Positions 18,362 to 26,663 of a DNA stretch of 28,339 nt are shown one piece after another (position 1 is the stretch's first letter; each line of letters opens with the position of its first letter). The translations under genes and the position numbers were made by a program. Below the pieces are notes generated by a model that was not told the DNA's origin, searched no databases, and saw nothing but the letters and a program-made list of their open reading frames with translations. Source of the DNA: Candidatus Aenigmatarchaeota archaeon (GTDB lineage: Archaea; Aenigmatarchaeota; Aenigmatarchaeia; QMZP01; QMZT01). The stretch covers positions 1-28,339 of the forward strand of contig JBGPQP010000012.1 in NCBI GenBank assembly GCA_041489155.1, in the 5' to 3' direction.

Positions 18362-18368
18362 TTTTAAA
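18362..18368. promoter_or_regulatory. Central TATA box probably shared by two divergent genes
   Basis: TTTTAAA (TTTAAA palindrome 18363-18368) in a 51-bp gap, 24 nt from the minus-strand ATG and 21 nt from the plus-strand ATG. Confidence 0.55.
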
Positions 18369-18389
18369 CTTATCCCCGAATAACTAAAA

Positions 18390-19067
18390 ATGTCCGAAAC
18401 GCAGAGAAAGTATATTCTGAGGGACACCTCACCCCGTCTGACCATAACTTATAAAGGCGGGATTTACAACCTTGTGTCGCGCGATGGTATATCTCCTCCC
18501 GTCTGGTACGACAAATTTTCCCTTAAGGTGGAGGACCCTGCTCTGCTTTCCGAGCTTGACAAAACGCAGGATGGTCAGAAACCAAGGCCGAATCCGGTGC
18601 TGGAGCAGGCTTATAAAAAAATTCGCATCAGGCATAAAAGTCCGCCCGGGCCGTCCGGGGCCGTGAATGCGCATGACGTGGCTGCAAGAAAAAGGAGCTC
18701 TCATAAAGACAAAAGAGAAAGGCTGCTCTATCTGAAGCTTATCGTCAAACACGATATCAGGGGCGCTTACCACGGCAATCTGCCATTTGATCCATATACA
18801 TCTGAACGGGGTGAAATAAGCAGAACCTTGAAGGGGCTTGAAAGCCGGTATCCGCGCATCATGGAAAGGGAATACAAGGATCTAAACCCTCAGGCAAAAC
18901 GTAATGATTTGCTGAAGGTTTTGGAAGAACTAAAGCAGGAACTCGAAATTGAAAAGAGCGTGCCCGTCACCCGAAGTGATCGTATCCCTTCCCCAGTTTC
19001 TTCTTCTGCCGGCCCTCCAGAAGGTAAAGCCCCTTCTTACGGGGGAGAGTCTTACCCACAACAGTGA
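18390..19067 (+). CDS. Hypothetical basic protein (ORFan), 3' end overlapping thiL antisense
   Basis: 225-aa ORF with upstream TATA box; last 101 nt overlap thiL. Confidence 0.6.
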   Translation: MSETQRKYILRDTSPRLTITYKGGIYNLVSRDGISPPVWYDKFSLKVEDPALLSELDKTQDGQKPRPNPVLEQAYKKIRIRHKSPPGPSGAVNAHDVAARKRSSHKDKRERLLYLKLIVKHDIRGAYHGNLPFDPYTSERGEISRTLKGLESRYPRIMEREYKDLNPQAKRNDLLKVLEELKQELEIEKSVPVTRSDRIPSPVSSSAGPPEGKAPSYGGESYPQQ

Positions 19068-19923
19068 ACTTGACCTTCTTTTTTAATTCCTTAAGCCGCT
19101 TTCCAGGCAGCGTGAACACGAGCTCAAAATCCTCGCCCCCGTACAGAGCGAACTCCATCGCTTTCGCTTTCAGGAGTTCAGTTGCCTTCCTTGTTTCCGG
19201 GGAGATCGGAATCTTCTCGGCATAAATGACCGCGCCGACCTTCGACATCTCGCAGATGTGCCCCACTTCCGGGGCGAGGCCGTCCGAGACGTCGATCATT
19301 GCGTTCGCGAATTTCGAAATGATTTGCGATTCCTTCAGTCTCGCTTTCGGTTCAAGATGCGCCTTCACTGCGCCGAAGCGCTTCGCTCCTGTGCCGAAGC
19401 GCCTGAACAGCTCGAGGCCAGCTTTCGACTTGCCCAGGTCGCCGGTGACGCAAATCAGATCGCCGACTTTCGCGCCAGAACGCAGGACCGGCTTCTGCGT
19501 CTCGCCGACCATGCACACGTCAATAACAATCTGCCTGCCGTGAGTCATGTTGCCGCCTATGACCTCGAAGCCGTATTTCTGCGCGGCTGCATAAATGCCT
19601 TTGTAAAGCCCGTCAACAAACTCGACTTCCGTCGCTTTCGTCATGCACAGCGAAATAAGAACATATCTTGGTTTGCCGCCGCTCGCAGCGATGTCCGACA
19701 CATTGATTTCCATCGCCTTCATGCCTATCTGGTATGGCGTGGACCATTTCAGCGAGAAGTGGTCGTCCTCGACCAGCGTGTCGGTCGTGAAAAGCAGCTT
19801 CCTGCCGTTTACGCTCACGACGGCTGTGTCGTCGCCTATCTGGTTCAGAACGCTCCTGTCTTTTATCTTCCTGGAAATCCGTTTTATCAGCGCGAACTCG
19901 CCGCCTATATCCCTGATTTTCAT
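18967..19923 (-). CDS. thiL: Thiamine-monophosphate kinase
   Basis: GEFALI, IGDDTAV, TTDTLVEDDHF, NVSDIAASGG, IGGN, IDVSDGL, ALYGGEDFELVFT, GYDHF. Confidence 0.95.
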   Translation of the reverse strand: MKIRDIGGEFALIKRISRKIKDRSVLNQIGDDTAVVSVNGRKLLFTTDTLVEDDHFSLKWSTPYQIGMKAMEINVSDIAASGGKPRYVLISLCMTKATEVEFVDGLYKGIYAAAQKYGFEVIGGNMTHGRQIVIDVCMVGETQKPVLRSGAKVGDLICVTGDLGKSKAGLELFRRFGTGAKRFGAVKAHLEPKARLKESQIISKFANAMIDVSDGLAPEVGHICEMSKVGAVIYAEKIPISPETRKATELLKAKAMEFALYGGEDFELVFTLPGKRLKELKKKVKFTVVGKTLPRKKGLYLLEGRQKKKLGKGYDHFG

Positions 19924-21185
19924 TTTTTCTCACGCAAAGATTTTGTTATTTTGACCGAGCAGAACCTGTCGCACATGGAGCACGTATTAGGATCTTTCGG
20001 GGCGCATTCCTCGCGCATCTTCTTCGCCTTCGCAGGATTGATGGCGAGCTCCATCATGCGCTTCCAGTCCAGATTTGCCCTCGCTTCCGCCATCCTGTCA
20101 TCCCAGTCGCGGCCGATGCCGCGCGACAGGTCGGCGGCGTGTGCAGCGATTTTCGAGGCGATCACGCCCTCGCGGACGTCGTCGACATTCGGAAGGCCGA
20201 GATGCTCGCGCGGCGTGACGTAGCAAAGGAAATCAGCGCCATGATAAGCAGCGAGCGCGCCGCCTATCGCCGAAGTGATGTGATCATAACCCGGCGCGAT
20301 ATCGGTGACGATTGGCCCGAGCACGTAGAAAGGCCGGCCGTCGCAGATCTTTTTCTGCAGGTCTATGTTCCTCTTTATCTGGTGGAGCGGGACGTGTCCC
20401 GGTCCTTCTATCATGACCTGCACGTTCTCGTCGTAAGCTGCCCGGGCCTGGTCGCCAAGCACGCGCAGTTCGTGCAGTTGTGCGCTGTCCGTCGCGTCCT
20501 TTATGCAGCCGGGGCGCAGCCCGTCACCCAGGCTTAAGGTAACATCATGCTTGTAAGCGAGTTTCAGAATCTTGTCGAAATTCGTGTACAGCGGATTCTC
20601 GCGCCTGTTGTGATCCATCCATTTTATCAGGAACGCACCGCCGCGGGAAACGACTCCCATCATCCGCTTTTTGACCAGCGGTATCGCCGCCCTGCGCACG
20701 CCCGAATGGACGGTGATGAAATCGACGCCGTCTTCGATGTGCTTCCTTATGCCGCGCAGGAAATCGCTTTCCGTCAGGTCAACTATGTCCCCGTTCTCGA
20801 CAACGGCCTGGTAAATCGGGACCGTTCCTATCGGAACCGTAGAATGCTTCAATATCTCCCTGCGCACGCGGTCGATGTCGCCGCCGGTGCTCAGGTCCAT
20901 CACCGTGTCCGCACCGGCTTCTATCGAAACGCGCAGCTTTTCCAGCTCATACGCTACGTCAGCCTTCGCGACTGAAGTCCCTATGTTAGAATTTATCTTG
21001 ACGCGCAATCCCCTGCCTATCCCTATCGGCTTCACGTTCCTGCGCAGCGTGCTCAGCGGAATCACGACGTAGCCCTTCGCTATGTTTTTCATCAGCTCTT
21101 TCACTGCGACGTTCTCGGCTCTGGCGACGGCTTCCATCTCCTTCGTGATTGCGTTATTTCTTGCCTTTTCGAGCTGCGTGCTCAT
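19920..21185 (-). CDS. thiC: Phosphomethylpyrimidine synthase
   Basis: KINSNIGTS, ADTVMDLSTGG, GTVPIYQ, VSRGG, SLGDGLRPG, MIEGPGH, APGYDHI, CSMC...C Fe-S motif. Confidence 0.96.
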   Translation of the reverse strand: MSTQLEKARNNAITKEMEAVARAENVAVKELMKNIAKGYVVIPLSTLRRNVKPIGIGRGLRVKINSNIGTSVAKADVAYELEKLRVSIEAGADTVMDLSTGGDIDRVRREILKHSTVPIGTVPIYQAVVENGDIVDLTESDFLRGIRKHIEDGVDFITVHSGVRRAAIPLVKKRMMGVVSRGGAFLIKWMDHNRRENPLYTNFDKILKLAYKHDVTLSLGDGLRPGCIKDATDSAQLHELRVLGDQARAAYDENVQVMIEGPGHVPLHQIKRNIDLQKKICDGRPFYVLGPIVTDIAPGYDHITSAIGGALAAYHGADFLCYVTPREHLGLPNVDDVREGVIASKIAAHAADLSRGIGRDWDDRMAEARANLDWKRMMELAINPAKAKKMREECAPKDPNTCSMCDRFCSVKITKSLREKK

Positions 21186-21798
21186 GGATGATCCTCTCCG
21201 CTTTCTTTATCTCTTCTCCGACGTCCTCCGCCTTCAGAATCGCCGACATCATGCAGACGCTTTCAGCGCCGGCTTCGACGACGTCGCCGAGGTTCCCGAA
21301 GTTTATGCCGCCTATGACCGTGAAGGGCACCCGCAGCGTTTTGCTCGCCTGCCTCACCACATCGAGGCCTATCGGCTCGCCGGCGTCCTTCTTCGTCGAG
21401 GTCGCGAAGACGGGCGAAAGGCTCACGTAATCCGCCCCGAAATCCTCGAAGCGTTTCGCATCCTCCAGCGAGCTGACCGTCACGCCGATGATTTTTTTGC
21501 TGCCGAAAATTTTCCTCACGTCAATGAAATCCGTGTCATAAGGCCCTATATGGATACCATCGGCGTTGCTTGCGAGCGCGACCTTGATGCGGTCGTTGAC
21601 TATGAAAAGCGCCTTCCCTCTGCAGATGCCAGCGATCTGCTTCGCCTCGGCTATCATTGCGTCGTCATCGAGGTTCTTTTCCCTGTACTGCACGATGCGC
21701 ACGCCTGCGTTTACCGCCGCCTTCACGTCTTCGATTACGCTCTTCTTCGAAAGCGAGCGGTCGGTTATGAAATACAAACCCTTCAGAGTGAAATTCAT
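21154..21798 (-). CDS. thiE: Thiamine-phosphate synthase
   Basis: [40 protein letters not shown]. Confidence 0.94.
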   Translation of the reverse strand: MNFTLKGLYFITDRSLSKKSVIEDVKAAVNAGVRIVQYREKNLDDDAMIAEAKQIAGICRGKALFIVNDRIKVALASNADGIHIGPYDTDFIDVRKIFGSKKIIGVTVSSLEDAKRFEDFGADYVSLSPVFATSTKKDAGEPIGLDVVRQASKTLRVPFTVIGGINFGNLGDVVEAGAESVCMMSAILKAEDVGEEIKKAERIIHEHAARKGKK

Positions 21799-22592
21799 TC
21801 TTCAACCCTCAGCTTCTGCATGCTGCCTATGGTATTTTCGTCCAGATTGTAAAGCTCGTCGTAAAACCTTTCCTTGAAGCTGCCAGGCCCGCGGATTTTT
21901 TCTGCAGCGATTTCGCCCGCAATGCCGAAGCAGACGAGAGCGTATGCCGCGGCTTTCGCATAGTCGTTCTCGACCGCCGCGAACGCGCCTATCACGCTGG
22001 TCGCCATGCAGCCGGTTCCCACAATCGAACCCATCATGGCATGGCCGTTCGCAACAACATAAGTCCTTCTGCCGTCAGAGACGATGTCTTCCTTGCCCGT
22101 CATAACGACAGTCGCCTTATACTTCTTGGCGAGCGTTCTGGCTATGTCCTTGCGCTCGCCTTCGATGCCCATCGATTCCACGCCCTTCACCTCGGCTTTC
22201 GCGCCTGCGAGCGTCGCAATCTCGCCGGCATTGCCCTTGATTATGTCCACGCGCACCTTCTCCAGAATCTCTTTCGCCTTTGCCGTGCGCAGCTTTGTCG
22301 CTCCGGCGCCAACTGCGTCGAGCACGACCGGGATTTTCTTTTCGTTCGCCCTCTTCGCGGCCAGGAGCATCGAGCGGACGAGCGAAGGCGTGAGGGTCCC
22401 GATATTCAGGACAAGCGCGTTCGCTATGCCTGTCATATCCTCGACCTCTTCGGAAGCGTGCGCCATAACCGGCAATGCGCCTATGCATCTCGTCACATTC
22501 GCGCAGTCGTATATGGTGACCCAGTTGGTTATGTGGTGAACCAAAGGCTTCAAAGCCTTTATCCTCGAAAGCGTACCATATATCTCGTCCAT
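21795..22592 (-). CDS. thiM: Hydroxyethylthiazole kinase
   Basis: [53 protein letters not shown]. Confidence 0.95.
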   Translation of the reverse strand: MDEIYGTLSRIKALKPLVHHITNWVTIYDCANVTRCIGALPVMAHASEEVEDMTGIANALVLNIGTLTPSLVRSMLLAAKRANEKKIPVVLDAVGAGATKLRTAKAKEILEKVRVDIIKGNAGEIATLAGAKAEVKGVESMGIEGERKDIARTLAKKYKATVVMTGKEDIVSDGRRTYVVANGHAMMGSIVGTGCMATSVIGAFAAVENDYAKAAAYALVCFGIAGEIAAEKIRGPGSFKERFYDELYNLDENTIGSMQKLRVEE

Positions 22593-22613
22593 GACATCAC
22601 CCTCGTAAACGTA

Positions 22614-23915
22614 TCATAAAGCTATTCTCAGCCTGATATTTATCTTGCTCGCAAGGAATTCCTCGAGGTGGCCCTTGTCTTTTTTAATGCTGTGGGCTAT
22701 CTCCGCGCCGCTCTTCGCGGTTTTTTCAAGCTCGCTTTCCATCACGGTGATCTCGTGCCTGAGGTTCTCGATCTCCCTCTCCGCCTCGCTCCTCTTTTCC
22801 GGCACGTCGGACCTCTCGAACTTCGCCTTCTTCTCGGAGATCTCGCTTTCCAGGAACCTGTACTTGTCCGCGAGCTCCGGCAGGTAGTTGAGCTCGATCT
22901 TCTTCACCAGCTCCTCTATGCGCTCGCGCTCCTCGCTCTTGAGGTTGAGCGAACGGAGCCTCAGCAGCGCGTCCATTATCTTCGAGCCGCCCTGCTCCTG
23001 CAATAGAACCTTGAGCGGCGAGTGCGAGATGTCAGAATAGAGCGAAAGCTTCTCCTTTTCCATCGCTTCGCCTCCGCTAGCAGCGGCATGTTCGAGCTTC
23101 TTCATCGGCCTCTTTATGCCGGAGAGCTCGTCATTAAGCTTGTTGCCTATGTCACTCCTTTCTTTTTCCATCGACCTTATGCTGCCGTCGAGTTCGGCGT
23201 AGTGCCTGTATTTTTCCCCGGCGAGGAAGGCCTCCAGCTCCTTCGCCTTTGCGTCGATTTTCTCCTTCCTGTTCTTTATCTTTTCCGTAAGCAGCGAGGC
23301 CTGCGCCTCCAGATCCTTCGCCCTCCTGTCCAGCTCCAGGAGCCTTGACGCCTTTGACTTCGTTTCGCCGTCGAGCCACAGCGCGCTTCCATCAAGCATG
23401 GAAAGCAGCTGCTTCCTCGTTTCTTCCGTCTCCTTCAGCAGCTTCGTTATCCTCGAGGTATCGTGCCTGAAGTATTTGGAAAGAAGGATTGCCTGCTTGG
23501 GCGGGATGTGCATGAGCTCGTGCAGTATCTTCCCGGTCCCTGCGCAGAAGCCGGAAACCTCTGAGTAATTGAAAGCGTTAATCGCGGGCGGGTTGCCGAG
23601 CAGGGAAAGCGCCTTCCTGGCGTAGTTGTCCTTCACCATGTTAACGGGAGCGTAAATCTTCTCATGCGCCTCGAACTTCTTTTGCGTCAGCTCGGCGCTG
23701 ATTTTCCTTATCTCACCGAAGCCGTCGCTTATGTCGCGGTAAAGATTGTCGGCCTGCTTCCGCTCTTCGGTGATCTTCCTGGCCAGCTCCCTGTTCACCG
23801 CGTCGGCGACCTGGGATAGAGCGATTTCTTCTGCGGCTTCAGCTGGCGCAGTCTCATGCGCTATCGCTTCTTTCGTCTCTTTCTTGCCCTTCCTCAGGAA
23901 CCCAAAAAAACCCAT
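22614..23915 (-). CDS. Coiled-coil protein of unknown function
   Basis: 433 aa, MGFFGFLRK amphipathic N-terminus, long E/K heptads; TATA box at 23937-23943. Confidence 0.85.
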   Translation of the reverse strand: MGFFGFLRKGKKETKEAIAHETAPAEAAEEIALSQVADAVNRELARKITEERKQADNLYRDISDGFGEIRKISAELTQKKFEAHEKIYAPVNMVKDNYARKALSLLGNPPAINAFNYSEVSGFCAGTGKILHELMHIPPKQAILLSKYFRHDTSRITKLLKETEETRKQLLSMLDGSALWLDGETKSKASRLLELDRRAKDLEAQASLLTEKIKNRKEKIDAKAKELEAFLAGEKYRHYAELDGSIRSMEKERSDIGNKLNDELSGIKRPMKKLEHAAASGGEAMEKEKLSLYSDISHSPLKVLLQEQGGSKIMDALLRLRSLNLKSEERERIEELVKKIELNYLPELADKYRFLESEISEKKAKFERSDVPEKRSEAEREIENLRHEITVMESELEKTAKSGAEIAHSIKKDKGHLEEFLASKINIRLRIAL

Positions 23916-24009
23916 AAAGGTTTATTTGCAGGCGGATTTTAAAGGTTTGAGCTGGGTGACCACAAAAGATAAAAACGTGGTCACCTCCAGAACCATGCTG
24001 CAAAACCTT
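23888..24009 (+). repeat. Direct repeat copy A (left flank of AbiE module)
   Basis: 23888-23948 matches 25294-25354 at 51/61 nt ungapped; 23991-24009 matches 25406-25424 at 17/19. Confidence 0.88.
23955..23985. repeat. Perfect 9-bp inverted repeat
   Basis: GGTGACCAC-N13-GTGGTCACC. Confidence 0.7.
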
Positions 24010-24015
24010 TTTATG

Positions 24016-24060
24016 TGTGCTACACTAAAATTAATAATATGTTAATTTCGGTGTAGCGCA
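24016..24060. promoter_or_regulatory. Inverted-repeat operator upstream of AbiEi
   Basis: TGTGCTACACTAAAATTAA-N7-TTAATTTCGGTGTAGCGCA, 16/19 Watson-Crick pairs; AbiEi antitoxins are known to bind promoter inverted repeats. Confidence 0.7.
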
Positions 24061-24569
24061 TGAAAAGAGGCAAGACCCAAAAACGGATGAACGGTCTTTC
24101 AGGTAAAGAGATGGAGATGGTCTCATACCTTGAACTGGACAACAAAAGATTCTTCAGTCGTAACGATGTTGAAAGGTTTTTCGGAAGCAGAAACGAGATG
24201 AATGTCTACATGCATAAGCTGATGGAAAAGGGAAGGATTGTGAAAATTAACAGGGAAAAATACTACCTTGTTCCCATACAAGCCTACCATGGAAACTGGT
24301 CCGAGCATCCTTTCATATTAACCGATGAAATGTGCAATGGCAAGGGATATTGCATAGGCGGCAAGAGCGCAGCGCATTACTGGGGGCTCATAGAACAGAT
24401 ACCAGCGGAAACAGAGGTTTTCAGCATGACCAGGCAGGGAAATGTCGTATTTTTCGGCTTCACGATAAGGTTCAGGAGGGTCAGGAAGCTTCCGAAACAC
24501 ACGAAGATAATAATCCAAAGGCACAGCGCCCTTATAGCGACTAAGGAGGAGAGCCGTAAATGGAAATGA
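24060..24569 (+). CDS. AbiEi-family antitoxin / transcriptional regulator (type IV TA)
   Basis: N-terminal wHTH (L..KGRIVKINREKYYLVP), YCIGGKSAAHYWGLIEQIP; overlaps the toxin start. Confidence 0.85.
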   Translation: MKRGKTQKRMNGLSGKEMEMVSYLELDNKRFFSRNDVERFFGSRNEMNVYMHKLMEKGRIVKINREKYYLVPIQAYHGNWSEHPFILTDEMCNGKGYCIGGKSAAHYWGLIEQIPAETEVFSMTRQGNVVFFGFTIRFRRVRKLPKHTKIIIQRHSALIATKEESRKWK

Positions 24570-25288
24570 TTTCGGAGAATAAGCTGAGATATATAGCCGG
24601 CATGAAGGGGCTAAACCTTATTTACATAGAGAAGGACTACTTTCTGACGGTATTCCTTTATCTGACAAAGGGTATCAGAGGCATTTATCTCAAAGGCGGG
24701 ACAGCCCTGAACAAAATATTTTTAGACCATGCCAGGCTTTCCGAGGACCTCGACTTCGCCGCGGACAGGCCGGTCCGTGAAATAAGGAATGAACTCGAAA
24801 GGGTGGTCAAAAACAGCGGTTTCTTCACAAGGATCAGGGCCGACAAAACGACCAAAGATTTTGTCAGATATCTGATATATTACAGGAGCTATTTTCAGGC
24901 AGAATCCTTCATAATCGCCGACGTGAACCGCAAAGCTTCAATACATCTGAAGCCGGAAAAACGCAAAATGCCTAATTTTTACGGCTTGGATTTCAGCATA
25001 AGCACGCTGAATATCAGGGAGATAATCGCAGAAAAGGTAAGGGCGCTGATAACCAGAAACCAGCCCAGGGATTATTTTGACGCCTATTTCATACTAAGAA
25101 AGCATCACGTCGACATGAAACTTGTAAAAATGAAACTAAAGGAAGCGAAGGAAACGTTTGACACGAAAAGGATATTCAGAAATGCAAACAAAATCTATTC
25201 ACGCTGGGATTCCGACATCAGCCCACTCACGAACAAAAAGCTCGGCTATATGGAATGCATTAAAGCACTGAAAAATAAATTCGGTTGA
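24560..25288 (+). CDS. AbiEii/DUF1814-family nucleotidyltransferase toxin
   Basis: IEKDY, LKGGTALNK, RLSEDLDF, EKVRAL..R.QPRDYFD. Confidence 0.92.
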   Translation: MEMISENKLRYIAGMKGLNLIYIEKDYFLTVFLYLTKGIRGIYLKGGTALNKIFLDHARLSEDLDFAADRPVREIRNELERVVKNSGFFTRIRADKTTKDFVRYLIYYRSYFQAESFIIADVNRKASIHLKPEKRKMPNFYGLDFSISTLNIREIIAEKVRALITRNQPRDYFDAYFILRKHHVDMKLVKMKLKEAKETFDTKRIFRNANKIYSRWDSDISPLTNKKLGYMECIKALKNKFG

Positions 25289-25293
25289 CATCG

Positions 25294-25424
25294 CCTTCCT
25301 TAGGAACCCAAGAAAACCCATAGAGTTTTATTCGCATGGAGGTTTTAAAGTTTTAGGCCGATGGGGAAAACAACATCGTTTTTTATTTCTTTTGCGCGTA
25401 ATGTAAACCATGCTAAAAAACCTT
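25294..25424 (+). repeat. Direct repeat copy B (right flank of AbiE module), containing a remnant start of the 433-aa gene
   Basis: Minus strand reads ATG GGT TTT CTT GGG TTC CTA AGG AAG (MGFLGFLRK) from 25321 versus MGFFGFLRK from 23915, with the TATA box retained. Confidence 0.88.
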
Positions 25425-25754
25425 GGCAGATACTTTGACCTAGGCAGCGACGAAAAGCTGACAATAACGGGCGTAAGAACAGAGAAAATCGCAGAATACA
25501 GCACAAATCCTTTTTTGTTTGTTGCGGGCATTTTAAGAGGGCGACCTGCCATAGAACAACCCAAAGATGTTATGCATGTCAGCATCAAGGCAAAGAACGA
25601 TGCAGGAGAGCAATTCAGCAGGACTTACAGGTTCACGACGGACCGCTGGAAAAATTTTGTAGAAACGATGACGCACTGCGCGGAAGAAAATGCCAGTCTC
25701 TATCTTTATGTCGGAAAGAACAAGCTGCCCCGTTTACTGCCTTACATCGTTTGA
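25410..25754 (+). CDS. Hypothetical protein (ORFan)
   Basis: 114-aa ORF, T-rich TATA-like box about 25379-25386. Confidence 0.65.
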   Translation: MLKNLGRYFDLGSDEKLTITGVRTEKIAEYSTNPFLFVAGILRGRPAIEQPKDVMHVSIKAKNDAGEQFSRTYRFTTDRWKNFVETMTHCAEENASLYLYVGKNKLPRLLPYIV

Positions 25755-25784
25755 TTTTTAAAGCGCCGCTCCAATTTAAAAAAA

Positions 25785-26087
25785 TCACTGCCCCGCCAGA
25801 AAGCCGAAACCCTTGTAAAGCTGCCTGAGCTCTGACAGAATTCGCTTCTCCTCAGCCGCTGACGCGTCGCTGACTTCTATTTCATGGACGTTTTTCTCCC
25901 GCGATGCCCTGAGGTCGTATTTTATCTTAATCGAGCGGCTGCCAGGGCCGACCCCTTCCAGCACCCCGCCGCCCACGCGGGCGAGCCTCTCCGTGTTCCC
26001 AAAAACATAATCGCTAAGGGCCACCCCCAGCTGCGGGAAATCGCCCAAGCCAAGTTCAGGCGCATAAGCGAGCGAGAGCTTTTTCAT
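25785..26087 (-). CDS. Hypothetical protein
   Basis: 100-aa ORF with TTTTTAAAA about 21 nt upstream. Confidence 0.65.
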   Translation of the reverse strand: MKKLSLAYAPELGLGDFPQLGVALSDYVFGNTERLARVGGGVLEGVGPGSRSIKIKYDLRASREKNVHEIEVSDASAAEEKRILSELRQLYKGFGFLAGQ

Positions 26088-26136
26088 GATAAGTGCTTTT
26101 GGGTTTAGTTTTAAAAACGGAAGGTGCGGTTAGGCA

Positions 26137-26171
26137 TTCAAATTCTCCTGCCACACGCCGAACGCCTTCTT
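26137..26171 (-). repeat. Direct repeat copy C: remnant 3' end of a protein-coding gene
   Basis: 32/35 identical to 27367-27401; minus strand reads KKAFGVWQENLNA*. Confidence 0.88.
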
Positions 26172-26186
26172 GGGCGAAGCGAATCT

Positions 26187-26663
26187 TCAGCCTGAAAGGT
26201 ATGCGTCGCAATGCCTGAAAAACAGCCTGGCGTGGTTTATCGACTCCTCGGCCGGGGCTTTATTCGCCTGGGGAATCGTGTTGTACGTGAAATCGCCGCG
26301 CTTCTTCCTTTCCCTTTTGTATACTTCGAGGAGCATCTCCGCCCTCACAATCAGTTCCCTGTATATGATGAGCAGCTTGGCGTCCAGAACGCCGGTGTCG
26401 ATGAACGCTTCTTTGAATTTTTCAAACGTTTTCTTGTGTATCTCGGGGGGCTTTGTCTCAATGTTCTTCGTCAGGAGCATGGCTTTTGCGCAGTAGAATA
26501 TCGCATAATATGCGTGCGATATGACCCCGCTGTAAAACGTGTCACTCTTTCCCAGCTTTAGCATGTCTTTCACTTTCTGCTGGCATGACGCCTCGAACAA
26601 TATTGACGCCGACTCTATTTCGCTTCTCGCCCTTCTGACGTACATGTCAGCCTTTGAATCCAT
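26187..26663 (-). CDS. HEPN domain protein (toxin of HEPN-MNT TA)
   Basis: AYYAIFYCAKAMLL..., H...F...F, RGDFTY (R-x4-Y variant); overlaps the MNT gene. Confidence 0.88.
   Translation of the reverse strand: MDSKADMYVRRARSEIESASILFEASCQQKVKDMLKLGKSDTFYSGVISHAYYAIFYCAKAMLLTKNIETKPPEIHKKTFEKFKEAFIDTGVLDAKLLIIYRELIVRAEMLLEVYKRERKKRGDFTYNTIPQANKAPAEESINHARLFFRHCDAYLSG

Noticed and set aside
22593..22640. GGCTGAGA on the minus strand upstream of thiM, resembling the TPP riboswitch core
   Set aside because: It lies inside the last codons of the 433-aa gene, and the other conserved elements (ACCTGA, GCG-AGGGA, paired stems) are absent.
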